Source: Octopus vulgaris (lineage: Eukaryota). From it: DNA of 64,000 nt. A program made the position numbers and the translations under genes. Under the pieces are notes generated by a model that was not told the DNA's origin, ran no database searches, and saw only the letters and a list, made by a program, of their open reading frames with translations. Location: NCBI GenBank assembly GCA_951406725.2, contig OX597815.1, forward strand, positions 23,684,001 through 23,748,000. The letters run 5' to 3'. Below, piece after piece: positions 1 through 12,478 of the stretch (position 1 is its first letter; each line of letters starts with the position of its first letter).

Positions 1-82
1 TGCGAGTACATGTCATTGAAAAGGTCCAAAAAGGTCAAAATGCATTCGGCATTCTCGTTTGCTGCTGTAATGGCGAATTTTA
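1..82. repeat. Fragment of an unclassified interspersed repeat
   Basis: tgcgagtacatgtcattgaaaagg...ggcgaatttt aligns by eye with 36865-36943 (tgcgaatgcacgtgactgaaaagg...ggcgaatttt). Confidence 0.6.
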
Positions 83-243
83 ATTTCGTCCGGCGTGCTA
101 ACGTTTCTGCCAGTTTGTCGCCTTTACATTATAAAGACATTATAAAAAGCGATTTCGAAATAAGAAGTCCACAATACATATATAGAGACATCGACTCTAC
201 AGATAAGACACAGCTAATAACACACTCCAAAGATTAAGCTTCT
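83..243 (+). repeat. Local ~160 bp duplication of 1498-1658
   Basis: Near-identical sequence. ORFs 10..237 and 1458..1652 share the same C-terminal peptide. Confidence 0.9.
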
Positions 244-600
244 CAAATGCGTATACTGGATTTAAAATTTTTAATACTTAGAAATTTCTTCCCTTTTCTT
301 TGATAGTCGCTAACAATTACTGCTATCTTCTTTTGTTTTCTTTCTTGAACTAAGTTACTTATGTACAATAATGTACAATAACTAAGTTACTAAGAGGCAA
401 ATTTCAGTTAATTGGGAATTTCTTACCTATATAATTGAGTACATCATTTCTCCCTCATTTATTTAAATTTATGCGATTACCTTAGTTTTTTTCTTTAACT
501 CATTATAATTTTTATTATGCAAATTATTACGGACAAAAACTCTTTGTCAGTCTTTTTCTGTTTATAATATATCTGTCAAGACAGGTTCGAATTTCGCTAT

Positions 601-643
601 GCTTTACTGACGAGGTTCACTGTTACGGAAACATGTCTATGGC
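601..643 (+). ncRNA. Degenerate type I hammerhead ribozyme motif (Penelope-type)
   Basis: gcttta-CTGACGA-GGT.tcactgtt.ACG-GAAA-CATG-TC-tatggc. Canonical core, palindromic ACATGT stem III, GUC triplet. One mismatch in stem I and one at the base of stem II. Confidence 0.55.
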
Positions 644-970
644 TGTCATCTTATCTGCTCAAGAAGCTCAAAGCACACAAGTAAAGTTTTGTAAAAATAG
701 TTTTTAATGTTTTGAAATGATCTCCCCTTTTCCTTGAAAATCACCAACTATTACTGTTAGTCTTTTTAATTAACAACTGTTATATGCTACGTGACACAGG
801 TGAGATTGTTATTCCAGTATAATCTTTCTAACTTTTTTTATTGGCTGAGAAAGATCTTTGAATATCTAAAATCGAGAGACAACGCATATGAAGTCAAATG
901 AGTCAAATATAAATCGATAACAAGTTTTCGAAAAAAAAAAAGAGAAGGGAATATACATTATAAAGATATT

Positions 971-1537
971 CTTTTCTACTCTAGACACAAGACCCGAAAT
1001 TTTGGGGGAGGAGGCCAGTCGATTAGATCGACCCCAGTATGCGTATGCAACTGGTACTTAATTTAATCGACCCCGAAAGGATGAAAGGCAAAGTCGACCT
1101 CGGCGGAATTCAGAACGTAGCCTATTTTTTTACTACCCACAAGGGGCTAAACACAGAGAGGACAAACAAGGACAGACAAACAGATTAAGTCGATTACATC
1201 GACCCTAGTGTGTAACTGGTACTTAATTTATCGACTCCGAAAGGATGAAAGGCAAAGTCGACCTCGGCGGAATTTGAATTCAAAACGAAGCGGCAGACGA
1301 AATACTTATTTCTTTACTGCCCACAAGGGGCTAAACACAGAGGGGACAAACAAGGACAGACAAATGGATTAAGTCGATTACATCGACCCCAGTGCGTAAC
1401 TGGTACTTAATTAATCGACCCCGAAAGGATGAAAGGTAAAGTCGACCTCAGCGGAATTTGAACTCAGAACGTAGCGGCAGACGAAATACCGCTAAGCATT
1501 TCGCCCGGCGTGCTAACGTTTCTGCCAGCTCGCCGCC
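971..1537 (-). mobile_element. tRNA-derived SINE family B, trimeric copy
   Basis: Head ggcggcgagctggcagaaacgttagc, B box gagttcaaattcc, three copies of the cctttcatcctttcggggtcga unit, 17-bp TSD tacattataaagatatt at 954-970 and 1540-1556. Confidence 0.9.
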
Positions 1538-1658
1538 TTTACATTATAAAGATATTATAAAAAGCGATTTCGAAATAAGAAGTCTACAATACATATATAG
1601 AGACATCGACTCTACAGATAAAACACAGCTAATAACACACTCCAAAGACTAAGCTTCT

Positions 1659-2292
1659 TGTTAAGGATCAGAAAATAATCTGTCGCTCATCAATTGTTGG
1701 CCCACGATAAAGTCCAAATAAAATCTGCAATCAACTATCCTGCTGCCACCCACACTGACAAACATCTTAAGCTGTATGCAAAAGAAGGCACTCTAACAGA
1801 TTCGCAGAGGTTCATAACGTTTCTAGTCCTTGGATGTGCTGTCTTCCCTCACATCTGCATCCAAAGCCTCTGAGAGAAATTTTGCAAAGGGGAGGAATAA
1901 GACTGCTCTGGTATTCCGCAAGGAGGAGGAGATCCTCTTGAAACTCAAAGAGACTGTGAGATTTTTTTATTCTGGAGGGCAAAATCCGGCAGAAAATGAC
2001 GGGACCCTCCTTGGCTGGGCGGGCCTTGGTCTGTTCGGCTCAACCCTACCACTTGCAGACCTCGTCTTTCCTCACTGAATTAACTAGTTGCATACTGTCG
2101 TTATCCATGCCTATTCAACGCATCCATGCTTCATCCTCTGTTACTCCCGCCTCACTTCACCCCATCACATCTCACCAGAACATCAGCTACCCACCTCATT
2201 CACCTAACGTATTTATTACATAACTTCTACTTACAGACAGTAATCTCCTGTTTCAAATATACATACAAACATAACACACGAATCACGTCACA
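1659..2292. mobile_element. Possible solo LTR or LTR-element fragment
   Basis: GC-richer block bounded by TGT...ACA. No TSD found. Confidence 0.3.
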
Positions 2293-2470
2293 CAAAATTT
2301 TTTTGTACGATATAGAAATACTTCAGAAGATTAAGACTAAGAATTTACTTAGAATTTCTGTAGGTATTCTTTTTCATTTCTAAGAATAAAGCGAAATGGG
2401 ACAAGATTTTCAAATGAATCCTTTTATTGCTTTTTAAAAGGGATGTAATAGTACAGAGATTAACTACAAG

Positions 2471-2873
2471 GGATATTTTCGGTTTGAACGGCAGTTTTTA
2501 AAAATAATTTCCACGTAACTAAACACTTTTAAACTTCGTATACTGGTAGAATGTGTTTATAAAACATTTTTTTCTCTTGGCTTTATTGAGTAGTTTGTAA
2601 GATATTTGTTTTTTTCTTCAATTTCTGCAATTTCAACCAATCAATGACTGTCTATTGAGGTGAAAACATTCTGTGCCGTATGAATATGTCCCGCGTTTAA
2701 GAAACAGATTGGGTTTATTTACATTTGTGAAGAAAAAAGATACCCTTCCCCCACCCCTAACCCTAACCCTAAAACAGATTGAAATGCAATAGATCGATAC
2801 TAGGGTCATAATTATGGGTGACAATTTCATATGACGCCGCTAGAAAAAACTGCCGTTCAAACCGAAAAGATCC
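2471..2873 (-). mobile_element. MITE family D with internal (CCCTAA)n
   Basis: TIRs ggat(c/a)ttttcggtttgaacggcagtttt, imperfect 8-bp TSD actacaag/attacaag. Confidence 0.9.
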
Positions 2874-3160
2874 ATTACAAGTTCTGAAATAGAAATGTAT
2901 TTGGTGATGGGATAAACTCTACCTTAACTTTATTGTTCGCAATCAGCAAAATACCAATTTTAGTAGACATGCCTCAAATTTGGCACAGGTCATCGTTTCT
3001 ATTATTCTATCAAGCTATGATCTTGGCCAGTTTCTAAAATACGTTACATAAAGCATAATTTTGACAAAAGAAGCAACTGAGTGAAGACCTTAGAAAGCAA
3101 CTACAGACAACGACATTAAAATAAAGCCACCAAAAGCTCGGTAGATACTTCTAAAATTTC

Positions 3161-3576
3161 GGATCTTTTTGGTTTGAACGGCAGTTTTTTCTAGCGATGT
3201 CATATGAAATTGTCACCCATAATTTTGACCCTAGTATCGATCTATTGCATTTCTATCTGTTTTAGGGTTAGGGTTAGAGTTGGGGGAAGGGTATATTTTT
3301 TCTTCACAAATGTAAATAAACCCAATCTGCTTCTTAAACGAGGGACATATTCATACGGCACAGAATGTTTTTTTTACCTCAATAGACGTCATTGATTGGT
3401 TGAAATTGCAGAAATTGAAGAAAAAAGCAACAAATATCTTACAAACTATAGAATTTTCTCAATAAAGCCACGAGAAAAAGATGTTTTATAAACACATTCT
3501 ATCAGTATACGAAGTTTAACATTTTTTAGTTACCTAGAAATTATGTTGAAAACTGCCGTTCAAACCGAAAAGATCC
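3161..3576 (+). mobile_element. MITE family D with internal (TTAGGG)n
   Basis: Same TIRs, TSD aaaatttc/caaatttc, inverted relative to the 2471 copy. Confidence 0.9.
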
Positions 3577-5523
3577 CAAATTTCTTTTTGCACCAGTTTC
3601 TAAGTAAAATTTTTTTTCTTAGAACTTCAAGAGTTTCTACAACTTCCTCCTTCTTCTCGCAAACTAGTAACCAGTAATAATTCAAAATGAATATTAACAG
3701 TATTTACATCTTTCAGTTACATTTATTTGCTTGTCTAAGAGGACCGGAAGAGACCACGGGTACTATCACCCTTTCCTTTCCCTCCTCCTCCACCACTTCC
3801 TCTTCGTTCCCTCCTATTTCTCCTCCTCAAAATAAGTTATAAAAGACGTTAGCGTCATTCAAGTATACTTTTTTTACGTTCTTTATCAGCAGTATAAAAT
3901 AAATTGGTTACTGTCCAAATTAGTTTCATCTCTTTAGAAACATCAGATAGAAAGCAATACAATAAAAGAAAGTTCTTATTTCTCTTGAATCATTACAAAA
4001 ATATTAATCTGTATTTATTTCCTCGCTTGATTATTTTGATAAGTACCGACTCAAATGTGCAGCTTTAGGAAAATGTATTTAGATATACAGTAACCTTTTC
4101 TACATCATAGCTGAGTTAGTAACTAACTGTACAGGAGCAGCCGAAAAATGAAGGGTGAATATCTTGTATTTTGTATCAAGTACACATTGAAAACTTAAGT
4201 ATTTATGAGATGTGGTAAACGTATAGGAGATGCCCGCAGATCAAAAGAAGTTACTTCACTGAAACGGTCATGAAAGTTAATAGACAAGAAAAATGTTTTC
4301 ATTGACTTATAGTGGGATTATTCTGTTGTATTTGAAGTAAATATACATGTTGTACAAATAGATTTCATTTATCTAGGCACTCGGCCAATTTTAAAATGGG
4401 AAGAATTGAAATTATTGTCATTTTATTGCACTTGAAGTGTTGGAAAATGTTTGGGTTTGAACTCTGAAGGCAGTGGAGCGAAACTAAATACTTTAAGGTA
4501 ATTGAGTTAGTCTGGGACAATTCAGTTTCCAACAACTTTCCATAAATAATAATAAAAAAAAAATCTATCAGTTTCGCAGCTAAATCATTTTCAACCAAGA
4601 AGCAATATAGGTAATGTGGTTCAAACAAGTCTCTCAAATATATCTTGAACGACTAACTTGAGCTATTCTATATCTTCTCGTTTATAGACTGGATATATAT
4701 AAATAAACGAAAATCTTTAGCATACATAATGACTGCAAGTCAAGTTTCATTAAAAATATACATTTGTAAAAACACTGTACAGAAATAATAATTCACTTGA
4801 TCTGAACTCTTGACTAAACTATAACTCACTTTATCACACCAGAAATTTTACTCTCTTATAATATATATAAGCAACAATATTCAAACACTGTTAGCAAATT
4901 TTTCGTAACAAAGAATGTCATGAAAAGCAAGCAACCAGAAACGAAGGTTGCTATTATCGTAAACCAACAATTAAGAAATAAGTTTCTATTTTAAACTTAT
5001 TACTCTGTTCGTATCTGTTCGTTTGTAGATGATTTCATAAGAGAGATTAAAAACCATAAGTTATTGTTATTGGATATGTGGACAACATAAGCGGAATGAT
5101 AAGCAATAGGTATCATTTTATATACTTTATCATTTTATATGTTGAGATGGTCGATACATTGTCTAAGCTATTATTACTACTGTAGTCGTTAAATATCTTC
5201 TATGTGCAAGTGTATCTATTAAATATGTATGCATTCAATCAAATATAGCCATGAGACGCAGTATCAATTTAGGGGATGCATTTTCTCCTCCTTATCCGCA
5301 TACCGAACCATCACAATTTCAAACACATCCATCCACGAAAAATGTAGTTATACAGTGTATGGTTAAATAGCTATTACAAAATATATACCAGATTTTATGG
5401 TATATTAGTTATACATCAAATGTAGCTGTATGAATATAATAGTAGACATAATAAAGTAAATACTAATAAATATAATAGCAAACGAAATAAACACCAGCCA
5501 TTCTTGTTAACATGATCTTTCAT

Positions 5524-5528
<5 letters not shown>

Positions 5529-5554
<26 letters not shown>

Positions 5555-5768
5555 ACTTGTTTCATTCATTTGACTGCGGCCATGCTGGAGCACCGCCTTT
5601 TAGAGTGGTGAAATAGTACAGCAGGGATCACCACCTCCTGCCGGAGCCTCGTGGAACTTTTAGGTGTTTTCGCTCAATAAACACACACAACGCCCGGTCT
5701 GGGAATCGAAACCGCGATCCTCCGACCGCAAGTCCGCTGCCCTAACCACTAGGCCATTGCGCCTCCAC
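5529..5768 (-). mobile_element. Chimeric SINE: family C 5' part, family A 3' tail and poly(A)
   Basis: 5603-5768 matches the head of the 50035 copy. 5555-5602 matches the family A tail (ggcggtgctccagcatggccgcagtcaaatga). About 26 T on the + strand. Confidence 0.8.
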
Positions 5769-5788
5769 AAAGAGCTGGAATTTCAAAC

Positions 5789-5861
5789 TATCCCTGGTGC
5801 AATTCGAACGCACGGCCTCTGGATTACAAGTCCAGTGCGCTATCCGCTGCGCCACAGGGAT
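5789..5861 (-). tRNA. tRNA with TGT (Thr) anticodon on an Arg(TCT)-like body, possibly a pseudogene
   Basis: 73-nt cloverleaf: ATCCCTG/CAGGGAT, D stem GCGC/GCGC, anticodon arm CTGGA-CTTGTAA-TCCAG, T arm GTGCG-TTCGAAT-TGCAC (C61 replaced by T). Confidence 0.85.
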
Positions 5862-6490
5862 TCGCGAAGGAAATGTTCACGAAGGAAAATTATAGCATAT
5901 AAATAGTGAATACACCTCGGTTTAAAAAGGGCTATTTGGTGGATTAACATAGATTTAGCCACCAACACACCGCTGGTTCACATAATATTTGTTTGCCGTT
6001 CAAGAATTTGTACCTGGAGATTTCCATTTCCAGCGACTTCGAGGGCCACCTCCAAGTGGTGTCGGACGTCAACGAAGAGCCCTCGACTACAAGACAACCA
6101 AAATTTATTTTTTCCAAGGTCTGGGGTCTCTCGCCCCTAAGTCCTAGACCATCACCTAATCACCCTTACCAGTTTTGCTGCTTAACAACAACAACAACAA
6201 CAATATTTGTTTCTCCGCTTTATTTATCTCTTCAGTCATAACTTATAATAACCTATGGTCCTCTTAACATGCATATTACTTCCGCCGAGTCCACTGGAGT
6301 ATCCTTTTCAACTTTTTTCCTTTTACCTAACCAAACCACATCATATAGGGCACTTTTTTTTTCCAATTCTTTTTTTTCTTCGGGATCGAAGCATCCGGGA
6401 ACTCTTCCTCAACTCAACACACAGAAGTTCAAATTGAGCATGTATTGTATCGAACTTACTAATCTGGGAGTGTCTTCATTGTCAAAAACT

Positions 6491-6745
6491 CGGATCTTTT
6501 CCTTTTGAACGGCAGTTTTCAACACAATTTTTAGTTAACTAAACACTTTTAAACTTCGTATACTGGTAGAATGTGTCAAAATAAAACATTTGTTTCTCTT
6601 GGCTTTCTTGAGAAAATTGTAATTTGTAAGTTTAACGTAGTTTAATTTTTCGAATTTTAACCAATCGATGGCCTCTGTTGAGCTAAAATCATTTGCTGCG
6701 TCTAAAACTGAGACAACATCCTGTCACTAACCCTAACCCTAACCC
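6491..6745 (-). mobile_element. Truncated MITE family D variant
   Basis: ggatctttt...ttgaacggcagtttt terminus, conserved aaacttcgtatactggtagaatg and ccctaaccctaaccc. Confidence 0.75.
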
Positions 6746-7200
6746 TTTGACACCATTGAAGAAGTCATCGTCCTCCTCTTCGTTGTTACTGCCTCCACTG
6801 TTGCTACTCACTTCGTCAGACTTCAGCTTCATGGCCTCCTCGACCTTACCCTCCATGCTTTTCCTCACCTTGGTTGTCATATTTATCCAACAAGATGAGG
6901 CGAAACCTGGGGTGGAATGCAGCAGCCAGCTGGCATTCCTCATCCTCCAAGAGGGTCCTAAACCTTTTGTCGATGCCTGCCAAAAGTGCGTCGACCAAGA
7001 GGCTGCAGTAGACGACGCCCTCGGACTTCAAGTCCTTAAGCCAAAAGATCGTCGCAGTAACTTGAGTTAACGGAAATTACCTCGGGCGGACTTGAGTTAA
7101 CGGAAGTTAATTGGTCCAATGATTTCCAAAGTTAACTTAAAAGTTAAATCGTTAACGAAAATGTCAATTTCGTTAATTAACGGTTTGGTACCGATGTTTA
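6746..7200 (-). mobile_element. Internally deleted hAT transposon fragment
   Basis: Peptide LVDALLAGIDKRF...LAAAFHPRF resembles hAT transposases. Subterminal region 7065-7190 is rich in GTTAAC motifs. Confidence 0.55.
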
Positions 7201-7300
7201 TGTAGAAGACACTTGCACAAGGTACCACGCAGTGGTATTGAACCCGAAACCAGATGGTTGTGAAGAGAAGTTCTTAACCACACAGTCATACCTGCACCTA
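7200..7300 (-). mobile_element. SINE family A 5' fragment
   Basis: gtagaagacacttgc...accacacag matches the family A head. Confidence 0.7.
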
Positions 7301-8049
7301 TAAAATAACTATTTTTGGAAATGAGCGAATACCATAGTTTCAGAAATTAGATTGTATTAAAAGACAACTTATTTCACGAAGCCCCAGAATCTATTCACGG
7401 AGTTGTGAAGTTCCTCAGAAGCTTCTCTGAGAAATATTGCTGTAAATTATCCAGGTGATGACGCGACAGATTCGTCAGAACATTGGGTAGAATATCTCGG
7501 GTATTCCGACTGTCTGTCTGTGAGTTCAAATCTCGCTAAGTTAATTTGCCTTTCATGCTTTGGGAATCAAGAAAAAAGTACCAACCCAAGGCGATAGACT
7601 GATGAAACTGTTAAAGAGTCAAGCAAGATATCCTGCAGTATCTGTTCTGGTTCTTTCTTTGCATTATGACAGCAACACCTGTAACGACACTGGTGATCTT
7701 TTCTGTTTGGTTGCCAGTGTCAGTTTCTGTTCGAATTGATTTCATATTCAGTATAATGATACACTTTTATAGGCTAATGAATGCCACGAAAATCATTTTC
7801 GACATAAATCAATAAATGAAGAGTTATTAGCAATTAAAGTTTGAAAATTTTAGATAATTTTAGCCAATCGTAAACCAAATACACATTCATGCCTGCCTCC
7901 ATAGCAACAAGCGTAACACGAGAACTCGTTTGTCTGCGAGAAAGCATGTGTTGACAAATATATTGAAATCACTTGTTGACGCTGTGTTCAACTGTCTTAT
8001 TCACTTGGAAAGTTTACCGATCTGTTTGATTACGGCAACAAGCTCCAGT

Positions 8050-8790
8050 AACCTTGCTTCTATGATGGAGACACTGAGAAGAGAGGAGGATGGTGTCGTA
8101 CCTACAAGTAAAGAGTGTTATATCTAAAAGAAAATTATGTAAAAAGAAGAAGCATGTTATGAGTACAAAAAGACGTGGTGGGAATGTGCACTGGCGTTGC
8201 TTGCGCTGAGAATGCATGGAATCTGTGTCAGTGAGGAAAGGCACATGGTTTGAAGGTGGCACCCTTCCTCTTAGGATTGTAGTGCCTTTCCTTTATCCAT
8301 GGGTTAAGGAATTGACTTCCGTCCGGTTTTGTGTTGAAGAACTTGGGCTGAACCATTGCACAGCTGTTGATTATAACAGCTATGTTAGGGAAATATGTGC
8401 AGAGGATTTGCTCCGTCATCCAATTCAAGTTGGTGGTCCTGGGAAGATTGTTGAGAACGACGAAACACCCTCCTCAAGGCGTAAGTACAACCGAGGCGTA
8501 AGTTCAACTTGAGCAGTGGGTTTTCGGAGGAGTGTGTCGTGAGACCAGACAGGTTTATCTGTATGCAGTGCCATGTCAGAATCGTGACGCACTGGAAGAA
8601 TGCATACATCACTCGAATCTTCCAGGAATCACAATTTTCAGCGATTTGTGGAGGGCATAATCTCACATTGCTGAAATAGAAGGCCACAATTTTGAGCATA
8701 GAACAGTGGACCACAGCGTTGGGTTTAACTCGAAAGATGGTTAACCCACACTCAACAAGTGGAGAGCACATGGGCCTCTGTATGTATATT
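8050..8790 (+). pseudogene. Merlin (IS1595-like DDE) transposase remnant
   Basis: SVRKGTWFE...GGPGKIVENDE...RRKYNRG, then after a frameshift QWVFGG...SDLWRA*...HRTVDHS...HTQQVESTW. Confidence 0.85.
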
Positions 8791-10007
8791 GAATGCTTAA
8801 AGCTGCAAAAGAGGTGTTGTTTAGTCTTTCTTTTTATTTTGTCATTGAGGTGGTTGTGAAGTGTACTAAAAATAACAGCTAAATAGCATTTTTGGAGAAA
8901 TCATTTAAGTTCGTGCTATCGCATCAAATGCATATTGAAGGCTTCAAACTTCAAAAGACGTGTTGTTTACTCGTTTTCCGCGAGTAGAATACAAATATTG
9001 ACACCACGTGCTATTTAAGGATGCAGACGACAAAATATGCAGTCACACACAAGATGACAGCTTGCTTCCAAATCCTGATTCCTGACTGGGTGGAAATGAT
9101 CAAACTGTAAACCTCTATAACTTTTTTAAAACATTTTTCTTGCGAAAGTGAAATAACTCCAGCAATTCAGCTTGGAAAACTACATTAATGTACCAAATTT
9201 TAAAATTTTCGATAAAATTTTTGAAATGCTGGCAGCCAAACAGAAAAGATTTGACACTGGTGCCAAGCTGTATCGGCTCAAGCCGGAGCCCTTTCCCGTA
9301 GCGTTGAGAGAGGATATTTGCATGCTTGGATATTTCCCAGTCTTCAAAAACAAAAAAAACAAAAACAAATCTTGTCCAGGCCTTATACTTACGCGTGATG
9401 GTTCATAGGCAACCTTGACCGACAGGGACCCCTCAACTGATCTAATCCGACCACCTACTCCTTTCAGACTGTAATGAGTAATATTGATAAACAGCCGATA
9501 CATGAGAAGCAAAGTCCTAGTAAATTAACAGTTTTTCCCTCTTATCTACCTAATGGCAATGCTGTAGTTTTAAGGTGACAGAAGTATAGTAAGAACGCAC
9601 AAAATAATAAATTCATTCGTTTGGTTATTTGTGGATCTACCAACCAAAAGATTTACAGTTTCTAACTTGCCACTAATGTTATATTGCGTTTCTAGCAATG
9701 ATATTTGACTGACAATTACCCAAGTGTTAAATTCAGTGTAGTAGGTTGCCAAAATATTTGCATAGGGGTTAAATAGGTACAATAGCGAGGTACAGTTCAC
9801 CTCTGTAGGCTTCAGGGATAATGTATAATTAACATGAGTTCGGTGAGACGGCAATCTTCACTCTGATCAATATACGTTTTACGCAGAGATGAAGGCTTTG
9901 TTAGTGTCTCGACGACCCAGCGGATTACAAGACATACCGCCATATGTTTATATTTATATAAAGCTCACTCACAGATGTTCGTTTTTTTTTACGTAAAATG
10001 TAAAATA

Positions 10008-10800
<793 letters not shown>

Positions 10801-11270
10801 CAACTAAGAATCCTGACTACATGGTAAATTAACTTAGATTGGTGCACAGAGCTGGTATTTAATTAGCGAACAAGTCGCGATAATATCAAACGCTTGTGAA
10901 ACAAGAAAAAAAAATTATGGTTAATATTTTAGTACTGTCAGATTAGTAGTAAAAAAACAAGTTGCATTCTTACAACTATATTTATTATAAGAAGCAAAAT
11001 TATTTTTGCACTCGGGCTGGACTCGGCAACACATCAGCTGCTTCACTGAAACAGGGTGCCAAGATATTTACACAGGTGCTAAATTTCGGTGCGCATTGCG
11101 ATTAAGTTACACCTGTACATACACATATATACACATGCATACATACACACACACATACATGTACTAACACAAACCGACTAATACAAGTATTATAATATAT
11201 TTTTACAAAACTACTTACTTGATTGTTTATGAAGTTTCGTCGATGTCTAAATAGATTTAATTTTCATTTA

Positions 11271-11350
11271 CTGAAGAAGAGCGATGTGTTTGAGATTACT
11301 TGTTGATTAAACTATTTCATTTCACTCCGCTAAAGGCATGAGCGTCACAC
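11271..11350 (+). repeat. Highly decayed hammerhead-bearing Penelope-type repeat
   Basis: ctgaagaagagc followed later by gagcgtca, as in the 36563-36630 arm. The GAAA motif is lost. Confidence 0.3.
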
Positions 11351-11410
11351 ATTCTTATATCTTCTACGGCCTTCAGATTATGGGAAAACTAATTTTTCCT
11401 TGAATATTTT

Positions 11411-11826
11411 AGGGGTAGGAGTGGCTGTGTGGTAAGTAGCTTGCTAACCAACCACATGGTTCCGGGTTCAATCCCACTGCGTGGCATCTTGGGCAAGTGT
11501 CTTCTGCTATAGCCCCGGGCCGACCAATGCCTTGTGAGTGGATTTGGTAGACGGAAACTGAAAGAAGCCTGTCGTATATATGTATATATATATATATATA
11601 AGTGTGTGTGTATATGTTTGTGTGTCTGTGTTTGTCCCCCTAGCATTGCTTGACAACCGATGCTGGTGTGTTTACGTCCCCGTCACTTAGCGGTTCGGCA
11701 AAAGAGACCGATAGAATAAGTACTGGGCTTACAAAGAATAAGTCCCGGGGTCGATTTGCTCGACTAAAGGCGGTGTTCCAGCATGGCCGCAGTCAAATGA
11801 CTGAAACAAGTAAAAGAGTAAAGAGT
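11411..11826 (+). mobile_element. SINE family A, full length
   Basis: A box tggctgtgtgg, B box ggttcaatccc, internal (TA)/(TG) tract, 3' aagtaaaagag repeats. Confidence 0.92.
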
Positions 11827-12206
11827 AGCTAAAACATCAGCAGCATTCAGGTGTTATAGTTTAATGTTTTTGAGTAAAAAAGGAAAAAAAAAAACTCATA
11901 TTTTTGTCATATTTTAAACAATCAATAATAATAATAGTGATGATGGATAAATATTTTCTTTTTGTCGTTGAAAAAACCAACAGTGAAATGGTTAATAGAC
12001 GAAATAGCTTTCGCTCGGAAGTAATACATGTTTCATTCACTGCTTTGGAAGAAATTTAATTTCATGTTGTCTCGAAGGAAAGCATTGCACGTTCTGACAG
12101 CACAACATTGCACAAACATTTGTGCAATAATATATATATTATGTAGATATGTTTCGGCAAAAAAGGAAATACAAATGCAAAAAAATAACAAAATGGCACC
12201 CTTGCA

Positions 12207-12241
<35 letters not shown>

Positions 12242-12400
12242 ATTTCTGTATTCACCATAAGGTTGAGAAAAAGAGGGGACAAAACAAACGTTGGGGTCAG
12301 GGTATCGAATGAGACGAAACATATGAATAAACAAACAATTAAAATATATACAATTAAATGAGAATGAGTGATTAGCAAAAAATGAAACGGAGGACGCGGT

Positions 12401-12402
<2 letters not shown>

Positions 12403-12468
<66 letters not shown>

Positions 12469-12478
12469 AGAGAGAGAT
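12403..12478 (+). repeat. (GA)n microsatellite
   Basis: Seen directly. Confidence 0.95.

Noticed and set aside
971-1537. Repeat-spacer appearance of SINE B arrays (also 30125-30880) as CRISPR
   Set aside because: Units exceed 100 bp, the linkers are homologous to each other, the array has a Pol III B box and a TSD, and there are no cas genes.
4340-4950. Possible Penelope RT remnant on the - strand
   Set aside because: Only faint motif echoes, too decayed to support a call.
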